Source: an uncultured Alphaproteobacteria bacterium
GTDB taxonomy: Bacteria; Pseudomonadota; Alphaproteobacteria; RF32; CAG-239
NCBI GenBank assembly: GCA_944391315.1
Contig: CALXTD010000004.1
Span: forward strand, 3,973 to 67,972
DNA: 64,000 nucleotides
Direction: 5' to 3'
In this document: positions 30,346 to 40,367 of the stretch, piece after piece
Position numbering within the stretch: position 1 is the stretch's first letter
How the letters are laid out: each line of letters begins with the position of its first letter
Position numbers and translations under genes: made by a program
The notes under the pieces: model-generated
Told to the model about the DNA's origin: nothing
What the model saw: the letters and a program-made list of their open reading frames with translations, nothing else
Database searches by the model: none

Positions 30346-32169
30346 ATGAATCGTGATAATGATAAAGGTAAAGTTCTTCTGAAGCGCTCGCTGATTATGG
30401 CTTGCGGTATGGCGTTTTTGTTGTTGTGCATTATCTTTAGGCTTTATTATTTGCAAGTTTATCAAGCAGATAAATTTAAAATGTTGGCTGATGAAAACAG
30501 AATCTCAACACGTCTTTTGATTCCGCAGCGTGGTATTATTTATGACAGAAATGGTGTTGTGTTAGCAACAAATGAGCAAAATTTTCAGGCCCTTATTGTG
30601 GCGGAACAGACTGCAGATGTTCAGCAGACACTTGATTCTTTCAAAAAGATTATGCCGCTTGAGGATTTTGAAGAAGAGCGGATTAAGCGAGATTTGAAAC
30701 GAAACAAGAGCTTTGTTCCGATTAAGGTTAAAGACAATTTGACGTGGGAAGAGGTGTCTAAAATTCAGCTTAATGCGTCTGAGTTGCCTGGGATATTTAT
30801 TGATGAAGGGCTGAACCGTTATTATCCTTATGGTGAAAAGATGGCTCAGGTTCTTGGTTATGTGGCAGCTGTTTCCGACACGGATGTTAAAGATGATCCG
30901 TTACTTGAAGTGCCGGGGTTTCAAATCGGTAAGTCCGGTATTGAAAAGTATTTGGAGAAAAGATTGCGTGGAAAAGGCGGTATTCTTAAAATGGAAGTTA
31001 ACGCCTATGGGCGCGTTATGAAAGAAATTGAGGAAACAGAAGGTGTTCCCGGTGAAAATATTACCCTTACGCTTGATGCAAGATTGCAGGAGAAAGCCTT
31101 TGATGCCTTTGGTGAAGAAAGTGGCGCTGCGATTTTGCTTGATGTTCATAGCGGTGAAATATTGTCTTTTGTTTCGACACCCGCCTTTGATCCTAATGCT
31201 TTTACGCGTGGATTGAGCCATCAAGAGTGGAATGCTTTGCAGACTAATGAGAAAAAGCCTCTGATTAATAAAGCCATTCAAGGACAGTATTCTCCTGGGT
31301 CGGTTTTTAAGCCGTTGGTCGCTCTTGCCGGGTTGGAATCAGGCGCTATTAAGCCAGATACTCGTTATTTTTGTGCCGGAAAAATGTTGCTCGGCGATCA
31401 CCCTTTTCACTGCTGGAAACGAGCAGGTCATGGTTATTTGGGGGTAGTGGAAGCATTAATGCATTCTTGTGATATTTATTTTTATGAAACGGCTCAACGC
31501 ATCGGAATTGATAAAATTGCTGAAATGGCTCGTCGTTTTGGGTTGGGTCAAAAAGTAAATATCGGACTTGAACATGAAAAAGCCGGACTTATTCCTGATA
31601 AAGAGTGGAAGTTAAAACGTTTTGGCGAACCTTGGCAGGTCGGTGAAAGTCTTATTTCCGGAATTGGGCAAGGATATATCTTGGTAACGCCTTTGCAGCT
31701 GGCGACAATGACGGCTCGTCTTGTTAATGGTGGTTATGAAGTTGTTCCGACGTTTTTCCCGATTGATGATCGGACGCTTCTTAAAATTAAGAAAATTAAT
31801 GTATCTGATGTTTTTCTTGATATTGTGAAACAAGGTATGTTTGATGTTGTGAACCATATTCATGGTACGGCATGGGCTTCACGGTTTGATTATAAGGGAA
31901 TGAAAATGGCCGGTAAAACAGGGTCGGTTCAGGTTCGTCGTATTACGCTGAAAGAGCGTCAGAGCGGTATTATTAAGCAAAAAGATTTGCCTTGGAAATA
32001 TCGTGATCATGCTATCTTTATTGGTTATGCTCCGGCAGATAATCCGAAATATGCCGTGGCTGTTGTTGTTGAGCATGGTGGTGGTGGTTCTTCCGTGGCA
32101 GCACCTATTGCCAGCAAGATTTTGTATGAGAGTTTGGTTTTGGATCCGATTGATTATCGCAAGCATTAA
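30346..32169 (+). CDS. mrdA: Penicillin-binding protein 2 (elongasome transpeptidase)
   Basis: SxxK (SPGSVFKP), SxD (HSCDIY) and KTG (GKTGS) motifs; follows mreD. Confidence 0.95.
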   Translation: MNRDNDKGKVLLKRSLIMACGMAFLLLCIIFRLYYLQVYQADKFKMLADENRISTRLLIPQRGIIYDRNGVVLATNEQNFQALIVAEQTADVQQTLDSFKKIMPLEDFEEERIKRDLKRNKSFVPIKVKDNLTWEEVSKIQLNASELPGIFIDEGLNRYYPYGEKMAQVLGYVAAVSDTDVKDDPLLEVPGFQIGKSGIEKYLEKRLRGKGGILKMEVNAYGRVMKEIEETEGVPGENITLTLDARLQEKAFDAFGEESGAAILLDVHSGEILSFVSTPAFDPNAFTRGLSHQEWNALQTNEKKPLINKAIQGQYSPGSVFKPLVALAGLESGAIKPDTRYFCAGKMLLGDHPFHCWKRAGHGYLGVVEALMHSCDIYFYETAQRIGIDKIAEMARRFGLGQKVNIGLEHEKAGLIPDKEWKLKRFGEPWQVGESLISGIGQGYILVTPLQLATMTARLVNGGYEVVPTFFPIDDRTLLKIKKINVSDVFLDIVKQGMFDVVNHIHGTAWASRFDYKGMKMAGKTGSVQVRRITLKERQSGIIKQKDLPWKYRDHAIFIGYAPADNPKYAVAVVVEHGGGGSSVAAPIASKILYESLVLDPIDYRKH

Positions 32170-32178
32170 GAGGAAAAA

Positions 32179-33327
32179 ATGTATAAACCTTATGAAACAA
32201 GTTTTCGTGCGCAGAGAATGTCAATTAAAGAAAAATTGATGAATATCAGTTTTTGGTATGTGTTCTTTATTTGTCTTTTAGCGGCTATCGGGGTAACGAT
32301 GCTTTATTCTGCAGCTAATGGAAGTTGGTCTCCTTGGGCGATTAATCAGCTTATACGTTTTGGTGTTGGCTTGGGGGTGATGATTGTTTTTGCGCTTATC
32401 GATATTCGCTTGTTTATGCGCTATGCTTATGTGTTTTATTTCTTTACGCTTATTCTCTTGTTTATTGTTGAAGTTAGCGGACATGTTGGAATGGGAGCGC
32501 AACGCTGGATTAATTTTGGTTTTTTCAAACTTCAACCTTCCGAATTGATGAAAATTGCGCTTGTCTTGGCCTTGGCGCGATATTTTCATGCCTCTTCTTT
32601 GCAGAGTATTGAAAGTGTTAAGGGAATGGTTCCGCCTTTGTTGTTGGCCTTGGTTCCGGCCGGATTGGTTATTATTCAGCCTGACTTGGGTACAGGATTA
32701 ATGCTCATTATGACGACAACTGCAATTTTCTTTTGTGTTGGGGTTCAGATATGGAAATTTGCGGTGCTGGGGGTGGGAGCTGTGGTTATGGCGCCTATCG
32801 CTTGGCATTTTTTGCATGATTATCAGAAGAATCGTGTTCTTACTTTTCTTAATCCGGAGCGTGATCCTCTTGGGGCGGGATATCATATTATTCAGTCTAA
32901 AATTGCTTTGGGCTCAGGTGGTGTTTTTGGTAAGGGGTTTCTTAAAGGAACACAGAGCCATCTTAACTTTTTACCGGAAAAGCATACAGACTTTATTTAT
33001 ACCATGCTTTCTGAAGAATTTGGTATGATTGGGGCTGTTTCTATCATTTTAATTAATTTTTGCATTATTGCTTATGGTTATTCTTTTGCTTTCAAGAGCA
33101 GCAGCTATTTTGGTAAAATTTTGGCCATTGGTTTAACGACAAACTATTTTTTGTATGTGTTTATTAATACAGCGATGGTTTTAGGACTTATTCCGGTGGT
33201 TGGTATTCCGCTTCCGCTTATTTCTTATGGTGGAACGGTGATGCTTTCTATTATGGCAAGCTTTGGAATTTTACTTTCGGTTCATATTAACCGTAATATT
33301 TCTGTCGGAAAAGAGTCCTCTTTTTAA
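32179..33327 (+). CDS. rodA: Peptidoglycan glycosyltransferase RodA (SEDS family)
   Basis: LQPSELMKIAL; GLIPVVGIPLPLISYGGT; follows mrdA. Confidence 0.95.
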   Translation: MYKPYETSFRAQRMSIKEKLMNISFWYVFFICLLAAIGVTMLYSAANGSWSPWAINQLIRFGVGLGVMIVFALIDIRLFMRYAYVFYFFTLILLFIVEVSGHVGMGAQRWINFGFFKLQPSELMKIALVLALARYFHASSLQSIESVKGMVPPLLLALVPAGLVIIQPDLGTGLMLIMTTTAIFFCVGVQIWKFAVLGVGAVVMAPIAWHFLHDYQKNRVLTFLNPERDPLGAGYHIIQSKIALGSGGVFGKGFLKGTQSHLNFLPEKHTDFIYTMLSEEFGMIGAVSIILINFCIIAYGYSFAFKSSSYFGKILAIGLTTNYFLYVFINTAMVLGLIPVVGIPLPLISYGGTVMLSIMASFGILLSVHINRNISVGKESSF

Positions 33328-34040
33328 TAGCCCAGACGTTGTTCCAGCTCAACAAGGCTTTGTGCCGAAAGGTATGGGTTGCACTGTTTTTCGTCTTTTA
33401 AGCAATAGGGGCCGGCTGGCAAGCCTTTTTTTAGGTTGTTTTGGGCTAGTTCAAGGTATTTGATGACTTCAGGGGCGTTGTTGCTTATTCTTAACGCATC
33501 TCTGGCACCGTAAAGTGTGTATTCGTGTCCGGGGTAAAACATGACATTATCCGGAAGGGCTTTTATTTTTTGTAAGGATGCCCACATTTGTTCGATGGTT
33601 CCTTCAAAAATGCCACCAATGCAGAGGTTGAATAAAACATCTCCGGTAAATAGTGCTTTATCTTTTGCAAAATACCACAAGATGTGTCCGATTGTATGTC
33701 CGTTGGTGCTTATGATTTGTGCCGGTGTTTCTCCTAAATTGAAGGTTTCTCCTTCTTTTATTCCGATATCTATTCCGGGGATGCGGGCAGCGTCAGCAGC
33801 ATGTCCGACAATGCGGGCATGGAACAGAGATTTGAGTTCAAGATTGCTGTCTGTATGGTCAAAATGGTGGTGCGTATTTAGGATGTATTCCGGCTGTATA
33901 TTTTGCTGGCGGCAGGTTTCAATTATGGGTGCAGATTCCGAAGGGTCTATTATTGCACTTATGCCACTTTGTTCATCTGTTATTAAATAAGAATAGTTAT
34001 CCATTGTGCCGGCACGGCAGAGAATTGGTGTTATTTTCAT
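33324..34040 (-). CDS. gloB: Hydroxyacylglutathione hydrolase (glyoxalase II)
   Basis: Metallo-beta-lactamase motif THHHFDHTD; YPGHEYT; 238 aa. Confidence 0.88.
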   Translation of the reverse strand: MKITPILCRAGTMDNYSYLITDEQSGISAIIDPSESAPIIETCRQQNIQPEYILNTHHHFDHTDSNLELKSLFHARIVGHAADAARIPGIDIGIKEGETFNLGETPAQIISTNGHTIGHILWYFAKDKALFTGDVLFNLCIGGIFEGTIEQMWASLQKIKALPDNVMFYPGHEYTLYGARDALRISNNAPEVIKYLELAQNNLKKGLPAGPYCLKDEKQCNPYLSAQSLVELEQRLGY

Positions 34041-35722
34041 TAGAAATAATCCTCCGGACGTATTTCATCTATTTGATTGGGCGAAATGTATTGCTCTGCG
34101 TATTCTTTATAGACCCCGCTTTCTATAAATACATGATATAAATCCGGATCAATGTGGCCTTCATTTTTCATGTCTTTCATTATGCGTAATACTTCGCTTA
34201 ATTTTTTTGGCTCTTTGTAGGGGCGATCGCTGGCTGTTAAGGCTTCAAAAATATCAGCGATAGCCATGATTTTTGCAGGTATAGACATTTGTTCGCCGGT
34301 TAGGCCATTGGGGTAGCCTTTGCCGTCAATGCGTTCATGATGAGCGCCGGCATATTCAACAACTTTTGAAAGCTCTTTGGGGAAATGGATGGCTTTTAAC
34401 ATGTCTATGGTTACGACAATGTGTTCGTTAATCTTTTCTCTTTCTTCTTTGGTGATTGTTCCTCTGGGGATTTCAAGGTTGTAAAGTTCGCCGTAATTAT
34501 AGCCTTTGCTTATTAAATCCGGTCGATTTTGCAGGAGTTCTTCGTATCCAGGGTTTTGATAAGCTCTCATATCTTTAATATTTTCTCTTTCGCTCCAAGA
34601 AAGGCCCTTGGTTCTGTCAAAGTATCTCATGAATTTGATTTCGGTTAATTTTTCCAGTCTGCGAATATCTGCTTCTGTTACCGGGGTGTCGCCGGTATTG
34701 CAACGTGCGATGAAGCTAAAGTCATCTTCCAGTTGTTTGACTTTGCCGATAAATTCTTTTTGGAGTTCTTCTTGGCTTTCTGTATTTGCAAGGCGTTTCT
34801 TTAGATATTCGATATGAGCATCTCGGCGCAGAATTTCGAATCTGTCGCGGATTTCATGGATGCGGTTATATATGGTTTCAAGCTTGGTGGCTTTGTCGAC
34901 GATATATTCCGGTGTTGTGATTTTTCCGCAATCATGCAGCCAGGAGGCAATGTTTAGGGCATACCAATCATCGCGGCTCATTTCAAAATTCTTTAAGGGG
35001 CCGCTGGTTTGTTGTACGGCGGCTGTTGCAAGCATTCGGGCAATGACCGGAACTCTTTGGCAGTGTGCACCGGTATAAGGTGATTTTGCATCAATAGCGC
35101 GTGCCAGAACCTCAATAAAAGATTCCAAAAGTTGGTTGTAAGATGCACGAAGTTGGCGGTTTTCCAGTGTTATGCCAATGAGTGATGCGATGGACTGGAG
35201 TTGTTTTTGCATCTCTTGATTATAGGATATAATTTTTCCGTAATTGTCTTTAGCATTTATCAGCTGTATGACGGCGATGAGATGTCCTTTGCGATTGATA
35301 ATCGGGAGTGACAAACAAGAGACAACCGTGTAGTTTTTTTCTGTTTCAAAACGTTTGAACAATTTGTTATCGTAATCACTTGAAGAAAAGACATTTGCAG
35401 AGTTAACTATCTCTTTATTATAAGCGCAGCTTTCGGCCATGCTTTTTATTGGTTTGTTCTTTAATTCCGGAAGGTATATGGTGGCGTAAAGCGAGATGTT
35501 GTCGCTGCCGACTTTATTAATGTTCAGGCTGTTTATGCGTGTGACTTCCAGATTGAAAAAGTTGTCATCATTAAGAATGTAAATGAAAATGCCATCGGAC
35601 TGGCTTGTGCTTTGTGCGTAGCCTAAAATTTGTGACAAGACGACATCATAGTCTTTTTCTTTTAGGATTTTGTTGTTTAATTCCAGCAATTCGGAAAGTT
35701 GGGTTTCTGCTGATTCTGCCAC
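34040..35722 (-). CDS. GAF-domain HD-GYP phosphodiesterase (c-di-GMP turnover type)
   Basis: WLHDCGK and HHERIDGKGYPNGL motifs in the C-terminal half; N-terminal GAF-like region; stop overlaps gloB start (TAATG). Confidence 0.85.
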   Translation of the reverse strand: MAESAETQLSELLELNNKILKEKDYDVVLSQILGYAQSTSQSDGIFIYILNDDNFFNLEVTRINSLNINKVGSDNISLYATIYLPELKNKPIKSMAESCAYNKEIVNSANVFSSSDYDNKLFKRFETEKNYTVVSCLSLPIINRKGHLIAVIQLINAKDNYGKIISYNQEMQKQLQSIASLIGITLENRQLRASYNQLLESFIEVLARAIDAKSPYTGAHCQRVPVIARMLATAAVQQTSGPLKNFEMSRDDWYALNIASWLHDCGKITTPEYIVDKATKLETIYNRIHEIRDRFEILRRDAHIEYLKKRLANTESQEELQKEFIGKVKQLEDDFSFIARCNTGDTPVTEADIRRLEKLTEIKFMRYFDRTKGLSWSERENIKDMRAYQNPGYEELLQNRPDLISKGYNYGELYNLEIPRGTITKEEREKINEHIVVTIDMLKAIHFPKELSKVVEYAGAHHERIDGKGYPNGLTGEQMSIPAKIMAIADIFEALTASDRPYKEPKKLSEVLRIMKDMKNEGHIDPDLYHVFIESGVYKEYAEQYISPNQIDEIRPEDYF

Positions 35723-35796
35723 GCTTTTTCTCCTTCTTCAAAGAGTTGTTTTTCTTTCAATATAAAGTCTTTTCCTTAATATTTAATCAACAAAAT

Positions 35797-35827
35797 AAAA
35801 AAACCGAAGATACTTCTTCGGTTTTTT
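35797..35827 (-). terminator. Terminator of the 35870..36076 gene (bidirectional shape)
   Basis: AAAAAAACCGAAGA-TACT-TCTTCGGTTTTTT. Confidence 0.75.
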
Positions 35828-35869
35828 AAGTTATGCCCCTAATTCTATAACTGTATTGGTTTTTGTTTT

Positions 35870-36076
35870 TTAGTGTGTTTTGGCTGCAGCTTCTCTCATT
35901 GCAGTTTTAACAGCGATTTCTTTTTCAGCTTTGCTGAGGATGTTTGCAGCTTCTTTGGCGTCAAAATTTCTTTCTGCATTGCTGGCTAGTGTTTTGGTTC
36001 CACCTTTGGTGAAAAACTTTTTAGCTTCTCCGTTACCGAAAATTTTTGCGGCGTTTTCTTTAGTAATATTTGACAT
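35870..36076 (-). CDS. Small Lys/Ala-rich hypothetical protein (68 aa)
   Basis: RBS GAAGGAG upstream of ATG; own terminator; no family recognised. Confidence 0.5.
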   Translation of the reverse strand: MSNITKENAAKIFGNGEAKKFFTKGGTKTLASNAERNFDAKEAANILSKAEKEIAVKTAMREAAAKTH

Positions 36077-36274
36077 AACTTTTCTCCTTCACATGTTTTT
36101 ATTATTTATTTTTGCCTCTCTCTTTTGTCTATTATCTCAATAATTTTAATCTTTGTCAAGAGGTTTCAACCAAAAAAGTGCAAAAATAATTAAGTATTTG
36201 CTTTATTTATACACGATTATATACTTAATTCAATAATGAATCTTTAATTTTTCAAAAAAAACGGAGCTTTTTTT

Positions 36275-37864
36275 ATGTCTTTGTTTAAATCTGTGGCAAC
36301 TTTCGGCGGTTTTACCCTTGTTAGTCGTGTGACCGGTTTTATCCGCGATATGGTGTTGGCAAATTTTTTGGGTGCCGGAAAAATCGCAGATGCTTTTTTT
36401 GTGGCGTTTAAGCTGCCGAATCTGTTTCGTAGTCTTTTTGCCGAAGGTGCTTTTACTTCTGCTTTTGTGCCGATGTTGTCTTCAAAAATGGTGGCGGAAG
36501 GGCAAAATAAAGCCATTGTGTTTGCTTCTCAGGCTATTTCGGTTTTGACATTCTTTTTGCTGATTTTTACAATTATTATGGAATTTTTTATGCCGGAGTT
36601 GATGCTGGTTTTGGCTCCGGGGTTTGCTGACGATCCCGAAAAGCTTGAATTGGCGACGGTTTTATCTCGATTGACTTTTCCTTTTTTGCTCTTTATTTCA
36701 ATTGTTTCTTTTCAATCAGGGATTTTGAATGCTTTGAACAAGTTTGCTGCGCCTGCCGCGGCGCCGGTTATTCTGAACCTGATGATGATATTTTCAGTTT
36801 TTATCTTTGTGCCTTTGGGTGAAACTCCGGCTCATGGAATCGCCTTTGGCGTTAGCTTTGCCGGTGTGTTGGAAATTTTGTGGCTGGCCTTTTTTCTTAA
36901 GCGTGCCGGTGTGGTTATTCGCCCGCAATGGAATATTCGTCGATTGATAAAACACGAAGATATTAAAACTTTGTTCAAGCGTATTACTCCGGGGGTGTTG
37001 GGTGCCGGTGTTTATCAGATTAATATGATGGTTGATACAATCATTGTTTCTTTGGTGGGAACAGGTGCTATTTCTTGGCTTTATTATGCGAATCGGTTGC
37101 AGCAGCTTCCGCTTGGTGTGATTGGTGCTGCTATTAGTGTGGCTTTGTTGCCTATCTTGTCTAAAAGCATTAAAACCGGCGATGCCGAAGAAACGAATCG
37201 TCTTCAATCTCGTGCGGTTGAATATGGGGCATTGTTATCTTTTCCGGCGGCGGTGGCGCTGATTGTTTTGGCTGAGCCGATTGTTAATATCTTATTCCAG
37301 CATGGAAAATTCGGTGCTCATGAAACACAGATGACGGCCTATGCCGTGATGGCTTATTCGGTCGGGTTGCCGGTTTATGTGTTGGTTAAAGCTTTGACCC
37401 CTAATTTTTTTGCAAGAGGCGATACGAAGACGCCGGTTAAATATAGTATTGTAGTCTTTGTTTGTAATATGGTGTTTTCTATTCTTTTAATGAAACCGTT
37501 TGGGCATGTCGGGGTGGCCTTTGCGACAACTTTGGCAGCCTTTGTGTCTTTTTATCAATATAAAAGAGGGTTGAAAAAACGCGGCTACTGGAAGTTTAGC
37601 AAAGAGTTGAATATCAAAATTTTTTATATTTTGTTGTCTTCATTGATAATGGGGGCGGTGCTTTACGGAGGACTGTTTACTCTGAATCATGCTTTTGGTG
37701 ATTGGTTGGCTTTGGCTTATTGGAAAAAATGCGGACTTTTTGCAGTTTTGTGCATTTTGGGTGTTGCAAGTTTTGGGATTATGGCTAAACTAACTCATAT
37801 ATTTGATTTTAATGAGCTGCGTCGCTTGTTGCCGCATAAGGGAAAAGTTAATGCTGAAAAATAA
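36275..37864 (+). CDS. murJ: Lipid II flippase MurJ
   Basis: RDMVLANFLGAGKIADAFFVAFKLPNLFRSLFAEGAFTSAFVP signature; 529 aa polytopic. Confidence 0.93.
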   Translation: MSLFKSVATFGGFTLVSRVTGFIRDMVLANFLGAGKIADAFFVAFKLPNLFRSLFAEGAFTSAFVPMLSSKMVAEGQNKAIVFASQAISVLTFFLLIFTIIMEFFMPELMLVLAPGFADDPEKLELATVLSRLTFPFLLFISIVSFQSGILNALNKFAAPAAAPVILNLMMIFSVFIFVPLGETPAHGIAFGVSFAGVLEILWLAFFLKRAGVVIRPQWNIRRLIKHEDIKTLFKRITPGVLGAGVYQINMMVDTIIVSLVGTGAISWLYYANRLQQLPLGVIGAAISVALLPILSKSIKTGDAEETNRLQSRAVEYGALLSFPAAVALIVLAEPIVNILFQHGKFGAHETQMTAYAVMAYSVGLPVYVLVKALTPNFFARGDTKTPVKYSIVVFVCNMVFSILLMKPFGHVGVAFATTLAAFVSFYQYKRGLKKRGYWKFSKELNIKIFYILLSSLIMGAVLYGGLFTLNHAFGDWLALAYWKKCGLFAVLCILGVASFGIMAKLTHIFDFNELRRLLPHKGKVNAEK

Positions 37865-38861
37865 GTTTGCGGACTTTGGGAAAAATATTGTTTCTCGTTT
37901 AAAGAGGTTTCGGACGACCGGTGATGGTTTGTTGCGCGGGTCTTCTTTGTTTCTGAAGTCTTGGGGGCGTTTGCTCGCTATTGTCGGTGGGCTTGTTTTT
38001 TGCTTGTATTATCCCATCGGGGCTTATTTGATTCATCATATTGATAAAAATGTTGATTATGATGTCAGACCCGATAAGTCGACACAGTCTGCCAGTGTGG
38101 AAATGGCGGCCTCTATCATTAATCGCGAAGTTAATGAAAATATGTGGACGCCGAATCTGCCTTTTTTCTTTCCTTCTTATTTTTTGGATGATATGCCGAA
38201 CTTTCAATTAGGTGTGATTTCTGCCGTACAGACTTCCGTTAGTGCTTTGAGCCAAAAGATTTCTCCCGATAATGTTCCGGCAGATAAAGATTATCCACTC
38301 AAGGCTGCTGCTGAGCTGTTATCTTATCCGGGGACGATTTGGCTGCTTGATCCTCAGAATAAAATTAAGCCGGTGCCTTCTTCTGCAAGGCAATATCGAA
38401 AAGCAAGGCGCGAGCTTTTACTGTTTAATCAGAAATTGGCACAAGGCGAGGCATTGTTTTATCGTAGTCCGCAGGATTTGGCCTTTATATTAAAAAAGGT
38501 GTCGGCGGTTTTGAAAAAATCAGAGCATGATTTGGCTGTTCAGGTTCGAGAATATAGCTCATCCTTTTGGGATATGAAAGCTGATGATGTTTTCTTTTTT
38601 GTGCAGGGGCAGGCTTATGGATTTTTGCTGATGATGAAGGCTTTAGCCGTTGATTATCGCGAACAGATTGTTGACTTGGGGCTCTATGAAGAGTGGACTC
38701 ATCTGCTTAAAGCTTTGGAAAACGGCGTTTTGATTTCTCCATTATGGGTAAGAAATGCCGATGAAAACAGCTCTTTTGCTCCGAATCATCTTGATTATTT
38801 GCGCCTTTATTTGTTAAAAGCTCAGATTTTAGCAGATAAGCTTCAACGGCGGTTGTCTTAG
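37851..38861 (+). CDS. Membrane-anchored hypothetical protein, DUF2333-like
   Basis: ATG 37851 overlaps murJ end; one N-terminal TM; family call from memory, tentative. Confidence 0.55.
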   Translation: MLKNKFADFGKNIVSRLKRFRTTGDGLLRGSSLFLKSWGRLLAIVGGLVFCLYYPIGAYLIHHIDKNVDYDVRPDKSTQSASVEMAASIINREVNENMWTPNLPFFFPSYFLDDMPNFQLGVISAVQTSVSALSQKISPDNVPADKDYPLKAAAELLSYPGTIWLLDPQNKIKPVPSSARQYRKARRELLLFNQKLAQGEALFYRSPQDLAFILKKVSAVLKKSEHDLAVQVREYSSSFWDMKADDVFFFVQGQAYGFLLMMKALAVDYREQIVDLGLYEEWTHLLKALENGVLISPLWVRNADENSSFAPNHLDYLRLYLLKAQILADKLQRRLS

Positions 38862-38880
38862 TTTTTTAGGAATTTTTATT

Positions 38881-39417
38881 ATGCTTATTGAAACTCAAAT
38901 TACTCCCGATGCTGATGTGATGAACTTTTTCCCAAACCAGCACCTTTTAGAAAAAGGGCAGGCGGAGTTTGTTGACGCAAAGTCTTTGCGTAAGTCTCCT
39001 TTGGCCGAGGCCTTGGTTGATTTGGGGCAAATTGTTTCCGTTTTTATTGCGCCGGATATGGTTTCGGTTAAGAAAGAATCCTCAGCTTCGTGGGAGGATT
39101 TGAAGCCGTTGGTTATGGCGGAGATTATGGATTTTTTAGCAACGGGAGAAAAGGTTGTTCTGTTTTCTGATACGGCTAAAGATGATGAGATTGTTGCTAA
39201 AATTAAAGGTCTTTTGGATGCAAGAATCCGTCCGGCGGTTAAGCAAGATGGTGGAGATATTGCCTTTTTGCGCTATGAGGACGGAATCGTTTATGTTGAG
39301 ATGAGAGGCGCTTGTGCCGGTTGTCCTTATGCGGCCGTTACCCTTAAAGAAGGGGTTGAAAAGATTTTGAAAACTTATATTCCGGAGGTTAAAGCTGTCG
39401 AAAATTCTAAGGCATAG
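38881..39417 (+). CDS. NifU-like Fe-S cluster scaffold/carrier (Nfu_N + NifU C-terminal domain)
   Basis: C-terminal CAGCPYAAVTLKEGVEKIL with CxxC; IRPAVKQDGGDI. Confidence 0.85.
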   Translation: MLIETQITPDADVMNFFPNQHLLEKGQAEFVDAKSLRKSPLAEALVDLGQIVSVFIAPDMVSVKKESSASWEDLKPLVMAEIMDFLATGEKVVLFSDTAKDDEIVAKIKGLLDARIRPAVKQDGGDIAFLRYEDGIVYVEMRGACAGCPYAAVTLKEGVEKILKTYIPEVKAVENSKA

Positions 39418-39472
39418 TTTATTCTTATTTTGTTTTTGTACGCTTTTTTTCTTTTCATTTGTAGGAAAAGCG

Positions 39473-40276
39473 ATGGCGTTAGATGTGCCAAAAGTTTCAG
39501 CAGCAGAGCTTGAAAAAATTTTCAAAGAAAATGATTATAACAATTTTCTTTTGCCCAAAAATTGGCAATATCCGAGCATATTTGTTGAGACGCTGCCATA
39601 TGATTATACTTCCATAAAATCAGAGATGGAGCAGAGGCGTCTTTTTATTATGACCTTGATTCCCCTTGCGCTTAAGCTTAATCAAGAAATTCTTTTTGAA
39701 CGAAATGTGATTCTTTACCTCAACTATAAATATCAAACAGATGCTCTTGATAAGACAGATATTGCTATTATTGAGAATTTTGCCCGTCAGTATGACTATT
39801 TTACTCCGGAAAAGGGAGAGGAAAGAATTGCTCTTTTGTTACAAGAATTGTTGCGCAGAGTTGATGCGGTTCCTCCTTCGATTATGATTGCGGCGGCGGC
39901 TCTGAATACAAATTGGGGTAATGCTAAGTTTTTGCCGGCGTCAAATTCTTTGTATCGTGAGTTGGTTTGGTATTCTGATGAAGGGTTAATTCCTGAAGAT
40001 GAAACAGAAGAAACAGAATATCGTATTAGGATTTTTCCATCATTGTATGATTCTATGAAGTCTTTTGCATTGCGGCTTAATTCTTCTGTTGATTTTCCGG
40101 AGTTTCGGTGGCTTAGAAGTCGCCAGCGTTATGGCGGGCAAGTTCTTTCCGGAAAGTTTTTGATTGCTTTTTTGGTCTTTGCTTCCGAAATTGAAAATTT
40201 TGTGGGAATGATGGATTATATTATTACGTTTTATAGGCTTAATGAGGTTGATCAGTTTGCTGTCTTAAAGGATTAG
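39473..40276 (+). CDS. Glucosaminidase-domain (Bax/FlgJ C-terminal-like) protein
   Basis: IMIAAAALNTNWGNAKF..SNSLYRELVW resembles the Bax-type glucosaminidase core; tentative. Confidence 0.55.
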   Translation: MALDVPKVSAAELEKIFKENDYNNFLLPKNWQYPSIFVETLPYDYTSIKSEMEQRRLFIMTLIPLALKLNQEILFERNVILYLNYKYQTDALDKTDIAIIENFARQYDYFTPEKGEERIALLLQELLRRVDAVPPSIMIAAAALNTNWGNAKFLPASNSLYRELVWYSDEGLIPEDETEETEYRIRIFPSLYDSMKSFALRLNSSVDFPEFRWLRSRQRYGGQVLSGKFLIAFLVFASEIENFVGMMDYIITFYRLNEVDQFAVLKD

Positions 40277-40367
40277 CTATTTGATTAATCTTGTTACAAA
40301 AGTTTAATATTTTTTTATAAAAATTAGTTGTACAATGGTTTTATAGAAATAAAATGGGTGTTGCGCT

